This document shows, piece by piece, positions 1 to 10,473 of a stretch of 64,000 nt of DNA; positions within the stretch are counted from its first letter, which is position 1; every line of letters starts with the position of its first letter. This DNA comes from a virus: positions 32,001 to 96,000 of IMG/VR virus record IMGVR_UViG_3300013794_000014. One strand, 5' to 3'. The position numbers were made by a program, and so were the translations under genes. A model generated the notes under the pieces. The model saw only the letters and a program-made list of their open reading frames with translations. It was not told where the DNA came from and made no database searches.

Positions 1-153
1 GGACAGTATACATGTATTAACGTACAAGATATTGCAAGTTTTGAATTAAAATATCCACAAAATAAAGCACCTAAAGCATTTGCAATATTTAAACAACTAC
101 TAAGTCAAATTAAAAATGAAAATAAAAATAAAACAACTGAAGAGGTGAAATAA
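1..153 (+). CDS. 3' end of a hypothetical protein (partial)
   Basis: Frame 1 is open from the window start to a TAA at 151-153 that overlaps the histone ATG (TAATG). Confidence 0.55.
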   Translation, partial: GQYTCINVQDIASFELKYPQNKAPKAFAIFKQLLSQIKNENKNKTTEEVK

Positions 154-365
154 TGGAGACAGTTGTCAAAAAATCTGTACTCAAGAAGATGTTACATGAA
201 AAAGAGGCAAACGTTTCTGCAGAAGCACTCGATATGTTAGCAAACGTCATTACGGATATGGCTGAGAAGGTTGTTGCCAATGTAGTAAATGTAGCTAAAC
301 ATGCCGGTAGAAAAACCGTTAAGGCTGAGGATGTTAAACTGATAACCGATATGTTGAAGTTGTAA
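153..365 (+). CDS. Archaeal HMf-type histone (divergent)
   Basis: 70 aa; VS..A..L, AKHAGRKTVKAEDV histone-fold signature; GAGGTG SD upstream. Confidence 0.93.
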   Translation: METVVKKSVLKKMLHEKEANVSAEALDMLANVITDMAEKVVANVVNVAKHAGRKTVKAEDVKLITDMLKL

Positions 366-392
366 ACAAAATAGAATGTTGGAGGTGGTACT

Positions 393-800
393 ATGGAAAT
401 CAAAATTGTACCGATAACAACAGGTAGGATTGGCACTAAGTCCAAGTATCTATCATACTTTACTGAAAGATTTACTGACGATGATATAGAAAATCTAAAA
501 CAGGCACTGTCACAAATTAAGAACAATCCAACGTTAGGAGTAATGATTGACATCAGTGATATCAAAGAGTTTAGTGGAAGGCATAACAAGATTAGTGAGC
601 GTGGTCAGATTACTGAAGATGGACAGACTAAAACGTATGGTACAATTGCAAGAGCATTTGCAACATTTTTGAACTTACATGGAATACGTGGCGTATATTT
701 CGTTATCAGAGAACGCGATGATAAAGTCTATGTAACGATAAAGGATTTGTCATCTCAGAAAGCTACACCAGAAATTATTACACATGCTTCTTCAGAATAA
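393..800 (+). CDS. Hypothetical protein
   Basis: 135-aa ORF with GGAGGTGG SD. Confidence 0.75.
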   Translation: MEIKIVPITTGRIGTKSKYLSYFTERFTDDDIENLKQALSQIKNNPTLGVMIDISDIKEFSGRHNKISERGQITEDGQTKTYGTIARAFATFLNLHGIRGVYFVIRERDDKVYVTIKDLSSQKATPEIITHASSE

Positions 801-831
801 ATAGAACAAAATAAACTAAACTAAACTAACC

Positions 832-870
832 GTTTTACATTTACGTTTACATTTACATTTTTTCATTTTT
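832..870 (+). terminator. Putative archaeal oligo(T)-type terminator
   Basis: T-rich tract (ttttacatttacgtttacatttacattttttcattttt) after the histone operon. Confidence 0.4.
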
Positions 871-884
871 ACTGGTGATTCAAA

Positions 885-1556
885 ATGTCCAAAATGTCTA
901 AAATGTCTACAAAACTGAAAGTCGTAGAAATATTTGAATCTGTACAAGGAGAGGTGCCATTAGGTAAGTATGCGTTATTTATCAGGTTATATGGATGTAA
1001 TAGGCGTTGTGTTTTCTGTGATACGAAATATTCGTGGATGTCAAATACGTATTTTGAAATAGATGTGAAATCTATTCATATTCCAAAGACAATAAACTAT
1101 ATTGTAATTACCGGTGGAGAACCGCTGTTACAGAAAGACGCGTTAGAAGAGTTCGTTAAACAACTGAAATCAAAGAATCCGCACGTTAAAATAGCATTAG
1201 AAACCAATGGTGATATAACAAACTTTAACTGTAATCTATTCGACTTAGTTGTAATTTCACCCAAAGACATGTATACGTTAGAATATTGGTTACGTAGATT
1301 ACAAAACCACCCTAACGTCATACTGAAGGTTATTGATAGGCCTAATGATGAACAGTTATTCAAATACATTTTTAAACTATTAAGACATAAGGTTATTAGC
1401 ATAGAAGACTTACAGAAAATCTATATTATGCCTTTTGGTAGTACACAGAAGCAGATAGACAGAAATTTTAGACAAATACTTAAACGTATTCAGTTATATA
1501 ACCTAAAAGGTGTAAATGTCACATATCGACTACATATTACATTGAAAATAAAATAA
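885..1556 (+). CDS. queE: 7-carboxy-7-deazaguanine synthase (radical SAM)
   Basis: EIFESVQGE, FIRLYGCNRRCVFCDT (CxxxCxxC), ITGGEPL, LETNG, VISPK and RLH motifs. Confidence 0.92.
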   Translation: MSKMSKMSTKLKVVEIFESVQGEVPLGKYALFIRLYGCNRRCVFCDTKYSWMSNTYFEIDVKSIHIPKTINYIVITGGEPLLQKDALEEFVKQLKSKNPHVKIALETNGDITNFNCNLFDLVVISPKDMYTLEYWLRRLQNHPNVILKVIDRPNDEQLFKYIFKLLRHKVISIEDLQKIYIMPFGSTQKQIDRNFRQILKRIQLYNLKGVNVTYRLHITLKIK

Positions 1557-1605
1557 AGTAAGTAAAAGTAAAAGTAAAGTAAGCAAAAGTAAAGAGGTGA
1601 TTAAT

Positions 1606-2475
1606 ATGGTATTGTCAGAAGAACAAGTAAAGAACGTATTAAAACAGTTAGGAATATCAGATAGTCAGGTTACAAAAGAACTAATTGAAGATATACAACT
1701 AAACTGTAAAGACACTATAGATGTTATAGAATACGCTCAAGCGAAAATCTTAAAACAGTTTAAAAAGAAAAGTCAAAGTGGTTCAGGTTCAGGTTCAGAG
1801 ACATTAGAAGGAATTTTGATAGCGTCTTCAGAAGAACCCAGATTTGATGTATTTTTTGACGCTGAATCAAGAAAACCAGTTTCATACAGTGATTATAGGC
1901 ATGTTCAATATTTACCAGATGAAGATTGTTACGTTCTAATTGATTCTGAAGGAAATGCTAAGGCAATAAATATGGTAGAATATTATGTCGGTTACATATT
2001 GACTAACGATGGTAAGGTACTACTATTGAAAAGTTCAAATCCGTTGCCAGTTACACCTCATTATGTCACATTATCAGGTAAAAAATACAAAAACGTGTTT
2101 GTTGTAAATGGTGTTACAGAACAAAGAGAACTTACCGATATCGAATGGGAAAAACTAAATGATTTCATTGATAACGAAACTCTAAATGCATTTGTAAAGT
2201 TACAGAAAGAATGTAGCAGTGAACCTATAGTCTTTATTGGAAGAATTGTGTGGTCTGGTATCGATAGACAAGAAGGCAGAGGTATTCTAGATTACAAAAC
2301 AGCATTTAAAATTGGACATGGAGATTCAGCAATTTCAATTAATGCTTATGGTGTTGCATTGCCAAGAAGTGCTGGAATGTACATAGGACTAATAACTGTT
2401 AGAAAAAAAGTATCAAATGACGGTAGGGTTTTCTGGAACAGAACTATATTACATCCAGTAAAAATACAGAAGTAA
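1606..2475 (+). CDS. Hypothetical protein, possibly ssDNA-binding (RPA/OB-fold-like)
   Basis: GAGGTGA SD then ATG 1606; helical N-terminus, SGSGSG linker, beta-rich body. Function is a guess. Confidence 0.45.
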   Translation: MVLSEEQVKNVLKQLGISDSQVTKELIEDIQLNCKDTIDVIEYAQAKILKQFKKKSQSGSGSGSETLEGILIASSEEPRFDVFFDAESRKPVSYSDYRHVQYLPDEDCYVLIDSEGNAKAINMVEYYVGYILTNDGKVLLLKSSNPLPVTPHYVTLSGKKYKNVFVVNGVTEQRELTDIEWEKLNDFIDNETLNAFVKLQKECSSEPIVFIGRIVWSGIDRQEGRGILDYKTAFKIGHGDSAISINAYGVALPRSAGMYIGLITVRKKVSNDGRVFWNRTILHPVKIQK

Positions 2476-2495
2476 ACAAATAGATAAGTGTAAAA

Positions 2496-2798
2496 TCATT
2501 GTAATTGTAATGCGTGCACATACTTTTCAATTTCTTTGAACTCTTTCGGAATTTCTCTATTCAAGATTTTTAGTTTAACGCTTCTTAAATCAATTTTGTC
2601 ATCTAAATAAAAGACTTTTGTAAAAATAACCCTATTTGTTTTTCTATCACGAACTTTACAACTTACAACATATTTTTGTTTACGCCTATATTCAAACAAT
2701 TTCAAATGTATATTGTAATGGTTATTGAGAATTATAAGTTTATTATTGACTTTTTGATATCTGGCATGTAAACTTACATTAACTATTTTCATTTGCAT
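2496..2798 (-). CDS. Small basic hypothetical protein
   Basis: 100-aa K/R-rich ORF overlapping its upstream partner on the minus strand. Confidence 0.6.
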   Translation of the reverse strand: MQMKIVNVSLHARYQKVNNKLIILNNHYNIHLKLFEYRRKQKYVVSCKVRDRKTNRVIFTKVFYLDDKIDLRSVKLKILNREIPKEFKEIEKYVHALQLQ

Positions 2799-3150
2799 AT
2801 TGCTTCACCATATTTAATATGTCCTCAAATAATTGATTGTACAAGTTTACCATAATATCTTTGTTATCTATACGTTTAAAATATTGCTTTGAGTATATAA
2901 AGTTTTCGTGTAATTGTTTAACGAAATTCCAGAAACATTTTGCTTTTTCTTGACTTAGAACGTATGTCTTTATGCGCCTATTATCCTTATAGACAGTAAC
3001 TGTAACTTTATGTTTATTGTACCATTTATGTATCTTGAGCCGATTTCCTTTTCCACAAATTAGTACAAATGTATATGCGTGTTTACAGTACATGAACTTA
3101 TACTGATGATACTGATGACATTGTTGATACTGTTGTTGTTGTTTAGACAT
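2779..3150 (-). CDS. Small basic hypothetical protein
   Basis: 123 aa; AGGTGAG SD on the minus strand. Confidence 0.7.
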   Translation of the reverse strand: MSKQQQQYQQCHQYHQYKFMYCKHAYTFVLICGKGNRLKIHKWYNKHKVTVTVYKDNRRIKTYVLSQEKAKCFWNFVKQLHENFIYSKQYFKRIDNKDIMVNLYNQLFEDILNMVKQYANENS

Positions 3151-3292
3151 TTACTCACCTTTCTCATGTGTAACATTTAAATATAGGGAACATGTAAATT
3201 GTAATTTGTTAACCAAATAAACTACAACGTCTATAAATACTTTCATACGTAAATGTTATTTAACTGGCTAATGTATTTAAAGGAGTGGTCAC

Positions 3293-3430
3293 ATGACATG
3301 GCACGTCAAGGATACATCAAAACGAATTGTGATACAACTAGAGGTCAAAATAAACGAAGCCACTAATCCAGCCGACGATGAAGTAATCGAATTTGGTGAA
3401 TGGACATTTACGTTATCAGAACTAACATAA
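3293..3430 (+). CDS. Small hypothetical protein (45 aa, MTWHVKDTSKRIV...)
   Basis: Not in the ORF track; AGGAGTGG SD, ATG 3293, TAA 3428-3430, fills the gap before the next gene. Confidence 0.6.
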   Translation: MTWHVKDTSKRIVIQLEVKINEATNPADDEVIEFGEWTFTLSELT

Positions 3431-3458
3431 CATAATATAACACAGAGGTGTTTTACAT

Positions 3459-3926
3459 ATGTCAAAGATTCGTACCTTATCTCAATCATATAATGAAAAA
3501 AAGTCAAATAAGAAGCGTTATATTCAATATCCAACAGCAATCAAAATATCTAACGGTAATGTCGTCATAATTGATAAAGTTGAATACTATAGAAAAACAC
3601 GTAAACTGATACTTTATTACATAGATGATACAGAAGAGTTATTGCATATTGTTGATCTACTACGTAAATACTACCAATATATGGAGATATACAAAAGCAC
3701 GCAAAACCAATCAGCATTAGTACAGGCGTCATCTATTTTGTTAAAACTAAACGAATTAGTTCCTAGCTTCGATATAGTTCAGTTGGAAACACATAGACAA
3801 ACAATAATAGATGAATATAAAGACGAAAATGACTTAGAACGTTTACATTTACAAACGCAACTGGATCCAATATTGATAAAAGCAATATTAGTTCTAGAAG
3901 ACAAAATCAAAATTAAAGTTGAATAA
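3459..3926 (+). CDS. Hypothetical protein
   Basis: 155 aa; GAGGTG SD. Confidence 0.7.
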   Translation: MSKIRTLSQSYNEKKSNKKRYIQYPTAIKISNGNVVIIDKVEYYRKTRKLILYYIDDTEELLHIVDLLRKYYQYMEIYKSTQNQSALVQASSILLKLNELVPSFDIVQLETHRQTIIDEYKDENDLERLHLQTQLDPILIKAILVLEDKIKIKVE

Positions 3927-3974
3927 CGGTAACTGTAACAGTAATAGTAACAGAAACAGTAATGGTGTCCATAT

Positions 3975-5204
3975 ATGCATATGCACACAAGCACATACAT
4001 GTATGTCGGAAAGGCCGACATTAAAATCATAAATACATCACAAACTAACTTTTACTCTTATCCAATACGGATTGAACTAAATGCCGATAACTTCCAATAT
4101 TGGGATTTTTTACAGGAAAACGGAATTGACATTTATTTTACATTGCCTGATGGTACTGAAATACCATTTTGGTGTGAATATTTTGATAAACAGAAGCAAT
4201 ACGCATTATTCTGGGTTAATATTCCTGCTATTCCTGCCGACTCTTTTATCTTTATCCATATGATTTTTGGTAACCCCAAAGAAACTGTTAATAAAAGTGA
4301 TGGTACTAAAGTATTTAAGTTTTTCAAGTTATCATCAAGTGTTGATCTCACAATACCAATATCAACATGTATGTCACAAACAAATGATAATGAACATGGG
4401 ACAAAAATCAGACTAGGATGTTCTTCAAATGATATACAAATTTTGTCAAACGAACAATGTATCATACATATGGAATCTGGTAAATTACTTGAAGTAAACA
4501 GTAATGTTTGTAAAATCGAAAATGAAAGCATTGACAAATTCAAAATTGAAATTGAAATTGGAACGACACCTGATAACATAACTAATACTAATACAAATAC
4601 AAATACAAATACTAATACTAATACTAATACTAACATTCATGTAAAAGGTAACGTTAAATACCTTTATATCAGGGAATTTATACCAGATGAGTCAATGATA
4701 AAAGTACATGTAGAAAACGCCAGTGTAAATGATCCACAGATGTATACTATACCACTTAAATCAACGTTAGTAGTTAAATCTGTTAAACAGTATATTGATA
4801 CGTTTAATATAGGTATAGATATAGAAGCACCTATTACAGAATTGAAGTTACAACGAAAACCAATAATACCTAAAGTTAGGGTATTTGTCAATAGTATAGA
4901 AATACCAGAAGATCAATTTACTGTCGATTACACAAACGGCATAATTCAATTTATAGAACCAATAGGACCAAAAGAAAAAGAACAAATGACAGATACTGTT
5001 ACAGTTACAGTAGTATACTATTACGGTTACTTTGATTTTTTAGAAGGCGTTAAAGTGACTGCATATTACAAAGATACTATCGTTGATCAAGCAATAACAG
5101 ATAAGTTTGGAAAATATCGTTTAATTGTGCCAAGGGGTTACGACATTCATGTAAAAGCAGATAGTGAACCATTATGTTCAATAACACGGTTTAGACTAGA
5201 TTAA
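3975..5204 (+). CDS. DUF2341-like domain virion/tail protein
   Basis: YPIRIEL...DIYFT..DGTEIPFWCE...LFWVNIP...FGNP pattern; TN repeat; Ig-like C-terminus. Confidence 0.7.
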   Translation: MHMHTSTYMYVGKADIKIINTSQTNFYSYPIRIELNADNFQYWDFLQENGIDIYFTLPDGTEIPFWCEYFDKQKQYALFWVNIPAIPADSFIFIHMIFGNPKETVNKSDGTKVFKFFKLSSSVDLTIPISTCMSQTNDNEHGTKIRLGCSSNDIQILSNEQCIIHMESGKLLEVNSNVCKIENESIDKFKIEIEIGTTPDNITNTNTNTNTNTNTNTNTNIHVKGNVKYLYIREFIPDESMIKVHVENASVNDPQMYTIPLKSTLVVKSVKQYIDTFNIGIDIEAPITELKLQRKPIIPKVRVFVNSIEIPEDQFTVDYTNGIIQFIEPIGPKEKEQMTDTVTVTVVYYYGYFDFLEGVKVTAYYKDTIVDQAITDKFGKYRLIVPRGYDIHVKADSEPLCSITRFRLD

Positions 5205-5214
5205 AGTGATAATT

Positions 5215-7143
5215 ATGCCAGTGATGTTATATCCATATTGGGTCGAACAGATAGATGAAGGCGGTAAAATAAACATTTGGACAAAAGTGACTGTACCGGC
5301 TAATAGTACATTATCACTTTACATAGTAAAAGGCAATTCTACAGAACCAGATGGCAACAATGTCTTTGTCTTTTTCGATGATTTTACCGGTACTAATACT
5401 AATACTAATACTAACAATGGACTTGATACTAATAAATGGACATTAGGTGGACATTCGTATGGAACGCCAAATTATACTGTTTCAGATTCATTGTTAAAAT
5501 TGTCATCTAATAGTGTTTGGTCTGTGATACATTCAACATTGACGTTTAGTTCCAATTTCATTGTCGAATGTAAAGCACGCCTTTTAGGAATTGAACAAAG
5601 TACACGTATAATTGGTATAATTGATAGCCAAACATTTGATTCATACAAGTTTTGTTTCAAAGAAGATGGATCACTGAATATTGGTAATTATATTCAAATG
5701 TGGTTTACTGATGGAACACAACATCATATAGATCCGACTTACTATGATGTCAAAAACGATTTCCATAAATACAGGATCATTAAAGGTGAAGATGCAGTTA
5801 TTGGACAAATACTTGACAAATATGAAAATGTAATTGTAGGACATAAGTATACTACAAATAATCCTAATTGGACAACTTTAAATTGGTATATTTATGCGTT
5901 AGTATACGATGACATTGGTATCGAATATGATTACATTTATATAAGGAAGTATACACAACATGAACCGTTTGTTATAACTTATCAGGTAAATAACGATGTA
6001 ATGTATGTTGCTATAACAAATCCAAATAACAATCAATTAACGGATTATCAAGTTGCAATACCTGGAAACGGTTTCATATCAACGCCCAATGAAAGTCTAT
6101 ACATTTTAGACGAAGATGGTTTACAAGCATCTGAATCGTTAGTTGGTGAAGACTTAACGAACTTAGTACAAGTAGATCCACAGATAACGTTTAAAAAGCG
6201 TGTGAAATTATATCTAACTAAGAATCTTCCTGAACAATCAACTGATGTTATTCTTCATATACCGCCACAGTTGAGTACATTCTGGGAGCATCGTGGAAAA
6301 AACTTAGTATTAACAGATAAAAATAACAATGTTTTAAGTTTTAAAATAACAAGTGAAAGCCTCAATGAATTATATGGTATTGTATATGGATTATCAAATT
6401 ATACAATTTACGATACTTTCTATCTTTATTTTGATGATGGTCTTGCTCGAAGTCAATATGGTTTAGTTCCAAAGGCAGAATGTCCATATGATGCTGAATA
6501 TAAGTTAGTACCACGTTTAGAAAGCACAGGAGTTATTTTGAAATTTCCGTTTATGCCGTCACATGAATTTGATCCTGACAATATTTGTATATTTGATAGT
6601 AGTCGTAAATTACGTTACTTATTTGATACATATAACAAGGAATTATTTGTCAAACTACCTTATTTGTTAACAAGTACTGGTTTAACACTGTATATTTATC
6701 CGAAAGATTTGCCTAACGATGATTTAGGGCCATTAGATACCGTAATTTATCCTTGTCAAGTAAAACAGTTACAAATTGAAACAAAACAAGATACATTTAT
6801 AGGTGATATTTTAGCTATAAATGGTATAGTTTACGTGACGTTACAAAAATGGGTTGAAGATAACCCAAAACTCGGAATATTTAGTATTGAAGAAGCACCA
6901 GACGTTATTTCACGCTACGGAAGTTTCGGGAAAATTTATAAGGCTATATTACATATTGCAAATTTATTGGAGTTGAAACGGCTAGAACGCGACTTACAGA
7001 ATGAAACTGTACAAGTTACATGGGACGACGAAAAATTCATTGCAGTTCCAACACAATATAGGAATCAAATGATATTAAGTGGAGATGACAAATATTATCT
7101 AGTGGAAATTGCATTACATAGGGTCAAAGATATTAGGATATAG
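5215..7143 (+). CDS. Multi-DUF2341 tail protein, possibly with a distal-tail-like C-terminus
   Basis: YPYWVE...IWTKV...VFVFFDDF, DYIYIRKY, LTDYQV motifs; lies directly upstream of a hub-like gene. Confidence 0.65.
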   Translation: MPVMLYPYWVEQIDEGGKINIWTKVTVPANSTLSLYIVKGNSTEPDGNNVFVFFDDFTGTNTNTNTNNGLDTNKWTLGGHSYGTPNYTVSDSLLKLSSNSVWSVIHSTLTFSSNFIVECKARLLGIEQSTRIIGIIDSQTFDSYKFCFKEDGSLNIGNYIQMWFTDGTQHHIDPTYYDVKNDFHKYRIIKGEDAVIGQILDKYENVIVGHKYTTNNPNWTTLNWYIYALVYDDIGIEYDYIYIRKYTQHEPFVITYQVNNDVMYVAITNPNNNQLTDYQVAIPGNGFISTPNESLYILDEDGLQASESLVGEDLTNLVQVDPQITFKKRVKLYLTKNLPEQSTDVILHIPPQLSTFWEHRGKNLVLTDKNNNVLSFKITSESLNELYGIVYGLSNYTIYDTFYLYFDDGLARSQYGLVPKAECPYDAEYKLVPRLESTGVILKFPFMPSHEFDPDNICIFDSSRKLRYLFDTYNKELFVKLPYLLTSTGLTLYIYPKDLPNDDLGPLDTVIYPCQVKQLQIETKQDTFIGDILAINGIVYVTLQKWVEDNPKLGIFSIEEAPDVISRYGSFGKIYKAILHIANLLELKRLERDLQNETVQVTWDDEKFIAVPTQYRNQMILSGDDKYYLVEIALHRVKDIRI

Positions 7144-7153
7144 GTGAAACGAA

Positions 7154-7801
7154 ATGTCTAAATGGTATATTTATTTGCCACAGTACAAGGAAAAAATAGA
7201 ACCTGATCATATTACAATGGATTTTCGAGTTAATGCTGTTTCTTCTGCGAATATAACTTTCAGTGAACATTTGATATTGTCGACGTGGTCATGGTTAAAA
7301 GATCATTTTTCCATTGGAGATCCTATACAGGTAAAATATGGAAAACAAATAATATTCAACGGATATGTAAATCAAGTAAGTTGGTCAAAGACGCAAACTT
7401 CATACAGGTTACAGGTAAACGCCTTAGATCCGTTGGGTAAGTTAGTGAATATGCCATTTAGAGGTGGTTTCACTGGTAGACTCAAAGACTTATTGAATAA
7501 CGAAATTTGTAAACCCATTAATATAAATAACCGTATATTGTCAGATTTAATAGTAAATTTACGTTACGATCAAGAAGTCTCAAGATTTGCATTACTAACA
7601 GATGCTTGTACTTATGCACGTGTTTTCACTGACTTAACCAGATTCGGATTCTATTACAACCATCAGTTGAACGCATTATGTGAGTTAAACGACAAGTCTT
7701 TACGTAAAATAGTACAATCAACATCACATACAAACCGCCTTTCAATTAATTTGACAGAAAGTTATATTGTTGCAAATGTGATACAAGTTACGAATTATTA
7801 A
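7154..7801 (+). CDS. Baseplate hub / tail-tip protein (N-terminal-like part)
   Basis: SSANITF...GDPIQV...IFNGYV...VNALDPLGKL pattern typical of phage hub (gpD/gp27-like) proteins. Confidence 0.6.
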   Translation: MSKWYIYLPQYKEKIEPDHITMDFRVNAVSSANITFSEHLILSTWSWLKDHFSIGDPIQVKYGKQIIFNGYVNQVSWSKTQTSYRLQVNALDPLGKLVNMPFRGGFTGRLKDLLNNEICKPININNRILSDLIVNLRYDQEVSRFALLTDACTYARVFTDLTRFGFYYNHQLNALCELNDKSLRKIVQSTSHTNRLSINLTESYIVANVIQVTNY

Positions 7802-7843
7802 TTAACTAACTAACTAGAGTTTTATATATTGGGCGTGATCAGT

Positions 7844-10069
7844 ATGCCAACGTGGCGAGTTTTACCGAAAACTAAAGTGCCGGTACCAGGCTGTCAATTC
7901 GAAGAGTTTTTCCTGTATACAACGTTACCGGATAAGTTTCCAGCTTCAGTTGATGATAGTAGCACTTTATATGATTTAGAACATTATTGTACTAGTAGTA
8001 ATCGTTTTAGAGCAATAGAAGAACCGGTTTACAAACGCTTTATACAGTGGTCTGATAATGTATATGCAGGACCATTGACATATAATCCTGAAACAGGAGA
8101 ATGGAGTTCAGATGTATCAGAAAAACATCCAATTACCGTTTACTATATTATCCGAGAAAATCAAGAGACGGTAAACAAAATACTTCGTTTTGAAGGTGCT
8201 GCTGCAGTTAGTTCTAAAATAGACAAGTACCTGATGTTTGTTTTTGTAAACACTGAAGATCTAAGAAACTATTTAAATGAGATAATACAGGCATATAACA
8301 ATTTACAAAATGCACGTAACAATGTCGTTCGTAATATTGTCGTCATATTGAAAGGAGTAGGGAAGTGGTTAGCTGAATTATTGGATTTAAGTGAAGAAGA
8401 TGGCATACCACCCAAAATACTATATGCATCTGCAAAATATACACCAACATATTTGAAAAATTACGTTTCTGAAAATTGGGATTTAATACCAGATATATGG
8501 AAAGATGATTTAGCATTTGCCAAGTCGTTACCTGACATTGGATCTGAGTACACGTTTGTTGTGGCACAATATTGTAAAATTGAAATAACCTTACGTGAAT
8601 TTACTGAGGATGATATTGACGACTATATAGATGAATCACAATATCCTGAGGTTACAAGAGTCTATATAGATGGATCAGAAGACAGTTACATTGAATACCG
8701 TCGATATGTTGCTGGTAAAGTAGTTGAATTTGGCAATATCAAATGTAACAGTTATGTGGAAGCAGAAATTGTACAACAGAAAGTGCGTGATACAGTAATA
8801 CAACTACGGGCAAAAGCAATAATAAAGTCACGATTTCGCTTCAGTTTGAACAGTGAAGTTGTATGTGACTTAGACGTATACACTACACCTGCGTTTGAAG
8901 TTACCGTTGAATTCCCTTACTGTAGTGCATTCTACTATGTGTGGTATGCTGCAGATGAAGATGCATCACAGTTACCAAGTGGGCCTGAATTTGATCTAGA
9001 TTTACCAGATGCTGACTTAGATTTCTCGATACCAGTATATACATGTTCTATTGAAGGAAAAACGTCTTATTCATGGCGATGTGATGAAAAAGCTGAATTT
9101 GAAGTCGTTGTCAAATATGGTGACGTCAAACTGAGTCCTAGTAGATATACAATTAAAAATGTGGAACTTCTAAATGAAAATGAAAATGAAAGTGAAAATA
9201 TCAGTTATACAATCAACCAATCGAAGTCTAAAATTATATTCGATATACCACATAAAGATACATCTGTTTCATTTAAAGTTAAAATAGTGATAAACAGTAG
9301 TGATAACAACGACATAGAACTTGAAGGATATGGTTATTTTTATGTTTCAGAGTGGTTAGATAGAATTTTGACATGTGAAGTGATTACTGATAAACAATAC
9401 TATGATTATGGATCTACAAATCCAGCTTCAGTACTAGTACGTGTACGAACAGTCAAAGGTCAACCAGTAACTGGACTTAAGATTTCTGATAACTGGAATT
9501 CTACATATATTGATAAAGGTGATGGACTTTACGAAGGTAACATAAATATATCGTCGTTGCCAGTAGGAACATACTCGGTTTATGTAAAAATAGATACAAA
9601 TAATCAATGTTACAAAAATAACCTTTCCGATGAAGAATATACTGAGATATTCTACTATAACCCAGTTACCTATGAAAATCAAGAATTTAAGTTAACTTAC
9701 CCACTAATAGAAAATTTAGAAGTTTACGTCAATGATAAAAAGACGTCCAAATATACTTTTTCCATTAACCAATATGGTGAGGGTATTCTCAAGATTACTC
9801 AGTCGCTTAACGAAAATGACGTTGTAAAGGTAAAGTACAAGGCGTATGCAACCTCTGTAAGTTTCAACATAGGGCGTTCAGAGCCTGTATCATGTACCCG
9901 TGTAGATGAAAAATCTATTACAAAATTTGGTAAAACTCAAATATTGAGAATTCGTATTCCATTTATAAGTAGTCCAGAAGAAGCATGTGAAATAGCTCAA
10001 ACATATTTAGAGTACTTTGCAAAACCATCAAAAATCATAATGACGAGTAACAAATGGGATGGTGATTAG
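7844..10069 (+). CDS. Large tail/baseplate protein with Ig-like domains
   Basis: C-terminal DEKSITKFG...IPFISSPEEACEIAQTYL resembles hub/tail-tip C-terminal segments. Confidence 0.55.
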   Translation: MPTWRVLPKTKVPVPGCQFEEFFLYTTLPDKFPASVDDSSTLYDLEHYCTSSNRFRAIEEPVYKRFIQWSDNVYAGPLTYNPETGEWSSDVSEKHPITVYYIIRENQETVNKILRFEGAAAVSSKIDKYLMFVFVNTEDLRNYLNEIIQAYNNLQNARNNVVRNIVVILKGVGKWLAELLDLSEEDGIPPKILYASAKYTPTYLKNYVSENWDLIPDIWKDDLAFAKSLPDIGSEYTFVVAQYCKIEITLREFTEDDIDDYIDESQYPEVTRVYIDGSEDSYIEYRRYVAGKVVEFGNIKCNSYVEAEIVQQKVRDTVIQLRAKAIIKSRFRFSLNSEVVCDLDVYTTPAFEVTVEFPYCSAFYYVWYAADEDASQLPSGPEFDLDLPDADLDFSIPVYTCSIEGKTSYSWRCDEKAEFEVVVKYGDVKLSPSRYTIKNVELLNENENESENISYTINQSKSKIIFDIPHKDTSVSFKVKIVINSSDNNDIELEGYGYFYVSEWLDRILTCEVITDKQYYDYGSTNPASVLVRVRTVKGQPVTGLKISDNWNSTYIDKGDGLYEGNINISSLPVGTYSVYVKIDTNNQCYKNNLSDEEYTEIFYYNPVTYENQEFKLTYPLIENLEVYVNDKKTSKYTFSINQYGEGILKITQSLNENDVVKVKYKAYATSVSFNIGRSEPVSCTRVDEKSITKFGKTQILRIRIPFISSPEEACEIAQTYLEYFAKPSKIIMTSNKWDGD

Positions 10070-10071
10070 AC

Positions 10072-10410
10072 ATGTTAGGTTTCTTTGTCACTGTCAATAG
10101 TCCAGTGAATCCGATTTTAGTTGCAACAATGCAATGTCGAAATATGCGTATCGAGGTTCAAAACCAGAAAGCTACAGTATTATATGAGCTGTATGATCCG
10201 AACCAACCTGTAGATCAATCTAATATCAGTATTATTTGGCCAACTAAACCAACTTATGAGTTTCAATATGGTAAACTAGATGATGAAATACAGAAATGGT
10301 TAGAGGACTTACGAAAACATCAATTATCTTCAACTACTATTAAAACACAAGTACGTGGTAAGATCAACTATATAACTGGTATACCCGTAGGTTTACCTGA
10401 TAACTGGTAA
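10072..10410 (+). CDS. Hypothetical protein (tail module)
   Basis: 112 aa; GGTGA SD; follows the tail gene directly. Confidence 0.6.
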   Translation: MLGFFVTVNSPVNPILVATMQCRNMRIEVQNQKATVLYELYDPNQPVDQSNISIIWPTKPTYEFQYGKLDDEIQKWLEDLRKHQLSSTTIKTQVRGKINYITGIPVGLPDNW

Positions 10411-10473
10411 CTGGTAGCTGGTAACTGGTAATTAGTAATTAGTAATTAGCAGTTGACAAATGGGGTGATAAAC

